Shown piece by piece: positions 34,345 through 39,691 of a stretch of DNA of 39,691 nt. Source of the stretch: a virus; the UHGV virus genome UHGV-1269212; one strand, written 5' to 3'. Under the pieces are notes generated by a model, which worked only from the letters and a program-made list of their open reading frames with translations, had not been told where the DNA came from and ran no database searches. Made by a program: the position numbers and the translations under genes. The stretch's first letter is position 1. Each line of letters opens with the position of its first letter.

Positions 34345-34707
34345 ATGGCGAGATATATACCACAGAAGCAAACAATCATCGACAGAACAGTCAGATACAT
34401 GAAAGAGCTTGGAACCTACAAAGTGCAGTATAAACAGGTAATCGAGATATATGCAGACATGATCTATCAGTATAATGTCTTAAGTAAACAGTTTGAAGAG
34501 TCTGGATACGAAGTAATTCTGGACACGGAGAAAAGTGGGGGTAAAAAAAGTCCTATTCTCGTGAGTCTCGAAAATCTCAGGAAAGATATCGGAACATATT
34601 CCGACAGACTGATGTTGAATGCGAAAACGTACAATGCGGAGATTGAACAGCCGAAAAAAGAGAAATCTGCATTTGCATTATTACTGGAAAAGCAGCAGGG
34701 GAAGTAA
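34345..34707 (+). CDS. terS: Terminase small subunit (P27 family)
   Basis: AAGGAGGTGAGAATAG-ATG RBS; 120 aa; directly upstream of the large subunit. Confidence 0.65.
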   Translation: MARYIPQKQTIIDRTVRYMKELGTYKVQYKQVIEIYADMIYQYNVLSKQFEESGYEVILDTEKSGGKKSPILVSLENLRKDIGTYSDRLMLNAKTYNAEIEQPKKEKSAFALLLEKQQGK

Positions 34708-36492
34708 ATGGACTTATCCCATATTAGCAGTCCGCATTTCGATACGGCTGTGCGTTATGCGGAAGATATCGTAAGTAGGAAAGTCCTGGTAAATATAGAC
34801 AGAGTACTTGCGTGCAAAAGATTTCTGGAAGATTTGGAGCGTGACGATCTGGATTTTCGTAGCGATCAATTTGATTTTGTGATTGATCTAATTGAGGGGA
34901 CCATCCACCACGTACAAGGTGAGGATAAGAATGGAGTGAGCTTTAAAGGTACTCCAATGTTATTGACGGATTGGCAGAAATTTGTATGTGTGAATCTGTT
35001 TGGATTCTTCCGGAAAGGCACAGACATTAGGCGTTTTAACGAAGCGCTTATTTTTTTACCAAGAAAACAGGGAAAAACATCCTTTAGTGCTGCGCTTGCT
35101 GAAGCAAAGAGTATTTTGGATAGATGTTCCGGTGCAAAGACATATATTGTAGCCAATTCCGTAAAACAGACAATGGAAAGTTTTGGATTTTTGGTAGATA
35201 ACGTTGAGACTTTACGCGGAGATGTTGATAAGTTGAGAATCCGAAACAACAATCAGGAGCACTCCATCCGTATTGATTTTGGAGATGGTACCGCAGAAAT
35301 GTATGCGATTGCCAACCAAGAGGACAAATTGGACTCTCTGAACTGTAACTGCCTGATTCTTGACGAGCTGCATTCCTGGAAGAGAGCAGCGGCAAAGAAA
35401 TATATACTGATGAAAAATGCTATGAAAGCGTATCGGAACAAGCTTTTGATTGGTATTTCTACGGCTGGTGATATTCCAGATGGTTTTTTAGCAAATAGGT
35501 TAAATACGTTACATGGAGTTTTGGATGGAACAAATACAGAAAAGGCGTATGACTCCTATTTTATTTTTATTTGCAAAGCAGATCAGGACAAAGAAGGCAA
35601 TGTTTTAAACAGCAAAGGCGAGATCACGACATTGGATGATCCGGAAGTATTGCAGATGTGCACGCCGTCAATCGGAGTCACTGTTACAATAGAAGACCTT
35701 ATGGATGATGCAGCGCAGGCAATGAATGAACCGCAGTTAAGGGCGGAGTACCTGAATAAAACTCTGAATATCTTTACAAATGCTCTGAATGCATACTTTG
35801 ACATTAACGAGTTCAGATCATCCGATGATGAATACAACTGGACACTGGAAGAGTTGGCGAAGCTCCCAATCACATGGTATGGCGGAGCCGACTTGTCGAA
35901 ACTTCACGATCTGACCGCAGGCGCAATTTACGGAACGTACAAAGATGTTGATATCTGTATCACACATGCGTTCTTCCCGAGGGCGGCCGCAATTAAAAAA
36001 GCGGATGAGGATGGTATCCCACTGTTTGGTTGGGAAGAGGATGGATGGCTGACGATGAGTAATACAGCCACAGTACTTCCGGATGACATTGTAAACTGGT
36101 TTATCTCCATAAAAAAGATGGGATTCAAAATAAAAATTGTTGGATTCGACAAGAAATTCGGACGAGAGTTTTTCTTAAAAATGAAAAAATCTGGATTTAA
36201 GATTCAAGATCAGCCACAGTATTTTTACGTGAAGTCTGAGGGATTCCGGCATATCGAAGTGAAAATGAAGAATAAGAAATTTTACTATCTACATTCGGAC
36301 GCTTTTGAATATTGCGTGCAGAACGTAAGGGCAATTGAAAAAGTGGATGACATGATCCAATATGAAAAGGTAGACGGAGACGGCGGCGTAAGACGAATTG
36401 ATTTGTTTGATGCCGGTGTCTTTTCATGTTGCCAGATGTTGGCTGACATGGCACTTGGAAATGCAGCAAATAAATGGTTAAAGAGAGAATAG
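34708..36492 (+). CDS. terL: Terminase large subunit
   Basis: 594 aa; N-terminal ATPase and C-terminal nuclease regions typical of Terminase_1. Confidence 0.85.
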   Translation: MDLSHISSPHFDTAVRYAEDIVSRKVLVNIDRVLACKRFLEDLERDDLDFRSDQFDFVIDLIEGTIHHVQGEDKNGVSFKGTPMLLTDWQKFVCVNLFGFFRKGTDIRRFNEALIFLPRKQGKTSFSAALAEAKSILDRCSGAKTYIVANSVKQTMESFGFLVDNVETLRGDVDKLRIRNNNQEHSIRIDFGDGTAEMYAIANQEDKLDSLNCNCLILDELHSWKRAAAKKYILMKNAMKAYRNKLLIGISTAGDIPDGFLANRLNTLHGVLDGTNTEKAYDSYFIFICKADQDKEGNVLNSKGEITTLDDPEVLQMCTPSIGVTVTIEDLMDDAAQAMNEPQLRAEYLNKTLNIFTNALNAYFDINEFRSSDDEYNWTLEELAKLPITWYGGADLSKLHDLTAGAIYGTYKDVDICITHAFFPRAAAIKKADEDGIPLFGWEEDGWLTMSNTATVLPDDIVNWFISIKKMGFKIKIVGFDKKFGREFFLKMKKSGFKIQDQPQYFYVKSEGFRHIEVKMKNKKFYYLHSDAFEYCVQNVRAIEKVDDMIQYEKVDGDGGVRRIDLFDAGVFSCCQMLADMALGNAANKWLKRE

Positions 36493-36501
36493 GAGATTGA
36501 A

Positions 36502-37686
36502 ATGGCGAAGAAAAAGAAGCAGAAAAGCATTAGATCAGAACCACAGAATAAAGTATTTGTGTATCAGGGAGCTACGTTCTCTGATTTTTTATTTCCGTCA
36601 GGATACACAACGCTGGCGCAGAATCCAGAAATTCGGGCAGCGTGTCAGAAGATTGCCGATCTTGTTTCCGGTATGACAATCCACCTAATGGAAAATGGTC
36701 CACATGGAGATATCCGAATTAAGAATGAGTTATCACGAAAGATAGATATCAATCCATATTCGCTAATGACAAGAAAAGCATGGGTATACAACATTGTATA
36801 TTCCATGTTGTTGCCGGGTGACGGGAACGCAGTTGTCCTACCGGTGATGAGAGATGGATACATTGACGAGTTGATCCCATTAAAGCCGTCTATGACAAGT
36901 TTTGAAGAGACACAGACGGGATATAAGGTGATTTACGGAAGCGAAGAATATGATCCCAGCGAAGTGCTGCACTTTGCAATCAACCCGAACCCGGAATATC
37001 CGTGGAAAGGAACAGGCTACAGGCTTGCTTTAAAGGATATCGCATCGAATTTAAAACAGGCAAATGCAACCAAAAAATCTTTTATGAGCGGACAATATAT
37101 GCCTAACATCATCGTGAAGGTAGATGCAATGTCAGAGGATTTTGCGAACGAAGCTGGAAGAAAACAGATCAAAGAAAAGTATCTGAAAGAATCAAAACCC
37201 GGAGAACCTTGGATCATACCAGCGGAATTTTTGGAAGTATCCGAGGTAAAGCCGTTGTCCCTAAAAGATATTGCGATCAATGAATCGGTGGAGATTGATA
37301 AGAGGACGGTTGCATCCCTGTTGGATGTGCCGCCTTTTTTTCTTGGGGTCGGAAGTTTTAACAAGGATGAATACAACAACTTTGTCCGTACGCGGGTGAA
37401 GTCGATTGCGGACGTATTCCAGCAGACACTTACGAAAGGTTTGATTCAGAGCCCGCATTGGTACTTTAAATGCAACTCGAAAAGCCTGATGGCTTATGAC
37501 ACCAAGGAGCTTGCGGAAATCGGAATGAACCTATATATCCGAGGAATCTATACAGGAAACGATGTATTGAACTTAATTGGTGACTCTCCGAAAGACGGAT
37601 TGAACGATCTGATTATCCTTGAAAACTTTATTCCACAGGGGATGATCGGAGAACAGAAGAAATTAAGGACGGGAGGTGATGAATAG
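36502..37686 (+). CDS. Portal protein (HK97 family)
   Basis: 394 aa, following terL. Confidence 0.8.
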   Translation: MAKKKKQKSIRSEPQNKVFVYQGATFSDFLFPSGYTTLAQNPEIRAACQKIADLVSGMTIHLMENGPHGDIRIKNELSRKIDINPYSLMTRKAWVYNIVYSMLLPGDGNAVVLPVMRDGYIDELIPLKPSMTSFEETQTGYKVIYGSEEYDPSEVLHFAINPNPEYPWKGTGYRLALKDIASNLKQANATKKSFMSGQYMPNIIVKVDAMSEDFANEAGRKQIKEKYLKESKPGEPWIIPAEFLEVSEVKPLSLKDIAINESVEIDKRTVASLLDVPPFFLGVGSFNKDEYNNFVRTRVKSIADVFQQTLTKGLIQSPHWYFKCNSKSLMAYDTKELAEIGMNLYIRGIYTGNDVLNLIGDSPKDGLNDLIILENFIPQGMIGEQKKLRTGGDE

Positions 37687-38267
37687 TGGAACGAAAGAAA
37701 GAAAACCTAACCAGATCGTGGAAAGCAGAATTTGAAACAAGAGAAGCGGAAGACGGGAAGAAAACAATTTCCGGTTATTTTGCTGTGTTTAATTCCGAAA
37801 CAGAGTTGTGGCCGGGAGCTTACGAAGAAATCGCACCAGAAGCGTTTGCAAATACCATGAGCAACGACATCCGCGCTCTGACAAACCATGATGACACACT
37901 TGTACTTGGACGGACAAAAGTTGGAACTTTACGCCTGAGAACCGATACAAGAGGTCTATGGGGCGAAATTGATATCAATGAAAATGATTCAGACGCAATG
38001 AACCTGTATGAGAGGGTAAAACGTGGAGATGTGGATCAGTGCTCGTTTGGATTCAATATAGTTCGGGAAGAAACCGATTGGAGAGATGACGGCACTGTGA
38101 AATGGACAATACGAGAAGTTGATCTGCACGAAGTGTCTGTATGCACATTCCCGGCTTATGAAGATACGGGCGTACAGGCGAGACATGCACAGGTGGAGCA
38201 GTATCGGGAGAAACAGTTGGTGCAGTGGCGAAGTAATGCCACGAGGAGATTGAAAGGAGAAAAATAA
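37686..38267 (+). CDS. Prohead protease (HK97 / peptidase U35 family)
   Basis: 193 aa; ...NHDDTLVLGRTKVGTL...; ATGA overlap with the portal gene. Confidence 0.75.
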   Translation: MERKKENLTRSWKAEFETREAEDGKKTISGYFAVFNSETELWPGAYEEIAPEAFANTMSNDIRALTNHDDTLVLGRTKVGTLRLRTDTRGLWGEIDINENDSDAMNLYERVKRGDVDQCSFGFNIVREETDWRDDGTVKWTIREVDLHEVSVCTFPAYEDTGVQARHAQVEQYREKQLVQWRSNATRRLKGEK

Positions 38268-39445
38268 TGGCTTTAAGACAGTTAATGCTTGCGAAACAGA
38301 TCGCAGACAAAGAAAAGGAACTGGAAGAAATGCGTGGAAAAGACGCAGAGTTTGAAACAAGAGAAAAGGAACTGGAAGAATCAATCAATGAAGCAAATAC
38401 CGAAGAAGATCGCTCTTTGGTAGACGATGCTATCACAAAGTTTACTGAGGAGAATGATGCTCATAATGAGAGAAAAAGCAAATTGGAAACCGAATTATCA
38501 GAACTCCGTGAGCAGATGAAGGAGTATGAAAAAACACCGGAAAGAAGGGAGAAGAAAAAAGACATGGGTAGAAGAAATGAAGAAGAAATTGAAGAAATGA
38601 GAAGTGCGATTAACGCATTTGTAAAGTCCAAAGGACAGGTGAGGGCAGAAGGATTTAAAGAAGCAGATGCAGGTGCTCTGATCCCACAGGAACTCCTTGC
38701 ACCACAGGAGAAACCAGAGGACATCGTTGATTTGAGAAACTATGTAAAAGTAGTAGGCGTAAACAGTGCATCTGGAAAATATCCAGTAATTGCGAAATCT
38801 GGAAGCAAAATGAACACTGTAGAAGAACTTGCGCAGAACCCAGAACTTTCCAAACCAAAAATTACTGAAATTAGCTACAACATCGAAACAAGAAGAGGAT
38901 ATATCCCGATTTCACAGGAGGCGATCGATGACGCTGACTATGATGTAACAGGTCTGATCCGAGATGAAATCAATGACCAGTCCGGAAACACAATCAACAC
39001 AGACGTTGCGACTGTATTAAAAAGTGCAACACCTAAGACTGTGAACGGGCTGGATGGATTGAAAGATTTAATTAACAAGGATATTAAGAAAGTCTATCCA
39101 GTGAAGCTTATCATTTCAGCGTCTCTTTACGCAGAACTGGACAAGCTGAAAGATAAAAATGGAAGATATCTGTTGCAGGATTCTATCACTTCCTCAAGCG
39201 GAAAGGTGCTGTCTGGCAAAGAGGTAATCGTTTTGGATGACGAAATGATCGCAGGAGCTGGCGAATTAAAAGGTTTTGTCGGTGATCCGAAATCATTCTG
39301 CACATTCTTCGACCGCAAACGGACAAGCGTTGAATGGGTAGATAACCAGATTTACGGCAAACTGCTTGCCGGAGTTGTAAGATACGATGTGAAGAAAACG
39401 GATGCAGACGCCGGATTCTACATTACATACACACAGGGGGAATAG
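38267..39445 (+). CDS. Major capsid protein (HK97 fold) with an N-terminal coiled-coil scaffold/delta domain
   Basis: 392 aa; Lys/Glu-rich coiled coil for about 120 aa, then the capsid core. Confidence 0.8.
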   Translation: MALRQLMLAKQIADKEKELEEMRGKDAEFETREKELEESINEANTEEDRSLVDDAITKFTEENDAHNERKSKLETELSELREQMKEYEKTPERREKKKDMGRRNEEEIEEMRSAINAFVKSKGQVRAEGFKEADAGALIPQELLAPQEKPEDIVDLRNYVKVVGVNSASGKYPVIAKSGSKMNTVEELAQNPELSKPKITEISYNIETRRGYIPISQEAIDDADYDVTGLIRDEINDQSGNTINTDVATVLKSATPKTVNGLDGLKDLINKDIKKVYPVKLIISASLYAELDKLKDKNGRYLLQDSITSSSGKVLSGKEVIVLDDEMIAGAGELKGFVGDPKSFCTFFDRKRTSVEWVDNQIYGKLLAGVVRYDVKKTDADAGFYITYTQGE

Positions 39446-39447
39446 TT

Positions 39448-39480
39448 CCCTCTGACGATGTAGCCTTAGTTGGCAGAGGG
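39448..39480 (+). terminator. Post-capsid hairpin CCCTCTG-19 nt loop-CAGAGGG, homologous to 2156-2188
   Basis: 7-bp stem 3 nt after the TAG; shared downstream block AAGGCAAAAGTAGGTAAA. Confidence 0.5.
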
Positions 39481-39534
39481 AAAGTAGGCAAGGCAAAAGT
39501 AGGTAAAACAAAATAAGAGACGGAGGTAATAATA

Positions 39535-39691
39535 ATGGCATATACACCAACTACATGGAATAATGATGACGTTATTACAGCAGAGAAACTGAATAAGTTA
39601 GAGCAGGGCGTAAAGAATGAGCAGGTAGGACCAGCAGGACCAGTAGGACCAGCAGGACCAGCAGGAGCAGTAGGACCAGCAGGAGCAGTAG
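39535..39691 (+). CDS. Collagen-like repeat protein, N-terminal part; continues in frame at position 1
   Basis: GGAGG RBS; MAYTPTTWNNDDVITAEKLNKLEQGVKNEQ then [13 protein letters not shown]... The track start at 39536 is offset by the partial end codon. Confidence 0.6.
   Translation, partial: MAYTPTTWNNDDVITAEKLNKLEQGVKNEQVGPAGPVGPAGPAGAVGPAGAV

Overview
The whole window reads as one temperate siphovirus-type phage genome of about 39.7 kb from a low-GC Firmicute. No host flanks are visible. Both window ends fall inside the same collagen-like (Gly-X-Y) gene, join in frame and share about 47 nt, so this is probably a circular or circularly permuted contig broken in the repeat.

Gene order on the + strand:
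- Head–tail joining genes, major tail protein, a tail assembly chaperone with a programmed -1 frameshift on an A9 run, and a 1373-aa tape measure carrying 99-bp tandem repeats and a C-terminal lytic-transglycosylase motif.
- Dit, Tal and a BppU-like coiled-coil fibre protein.
- A PBSX-like lysis block: XkdX-like, XhlA-like, SPP1-type holin, two small proteins and an amidase endolysin.
- An attP-like region with two terminators and 22-bp direct repeats, next to a minus-strand tyrosine integrase.
- Two minus-strand lysogeny-side morons (a membrane zinc-ribbon protein and a lipoprotein) that share a duplicated promoter and leader.
- An ImmA/ImmR (XRE) immunity pair with GTGTCT-N5-AGACAC operators.
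- Early genes: Cro-like, Rha and AntA-like antirepressors, a Gp157 plus Rad52-like annealase pair, RusA, a replisome organizer with internal hexamer iterons, a DnaC-like loader and a Lar restriction-alleviation gene.
- A sigma-like late activator, then a 580-bp regulatory island holding a terminator, a tRNA-like minihelix, tRNA(UAU) and a consensus promoter with a perfect 18-bp palindromic operator.
- The HNH, TerS, TerL, portal, protease and HK97-type capsid packaging and head genes.

The most unusual signals:
- A 110-bp bidirectional promoter/operator module present twice, each driving an antisense small gene embedded in the rightward early operon.
- A conserved roughly 75-nt hairpin module placed directly after both the capsid and major-tail stop codons.
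- The palindrome-gated consensus promoter that drives a 37-aa polybasic/hydrophobic peptide.
- The duplicated promoter/leader of the integrase–repressor moron pair.
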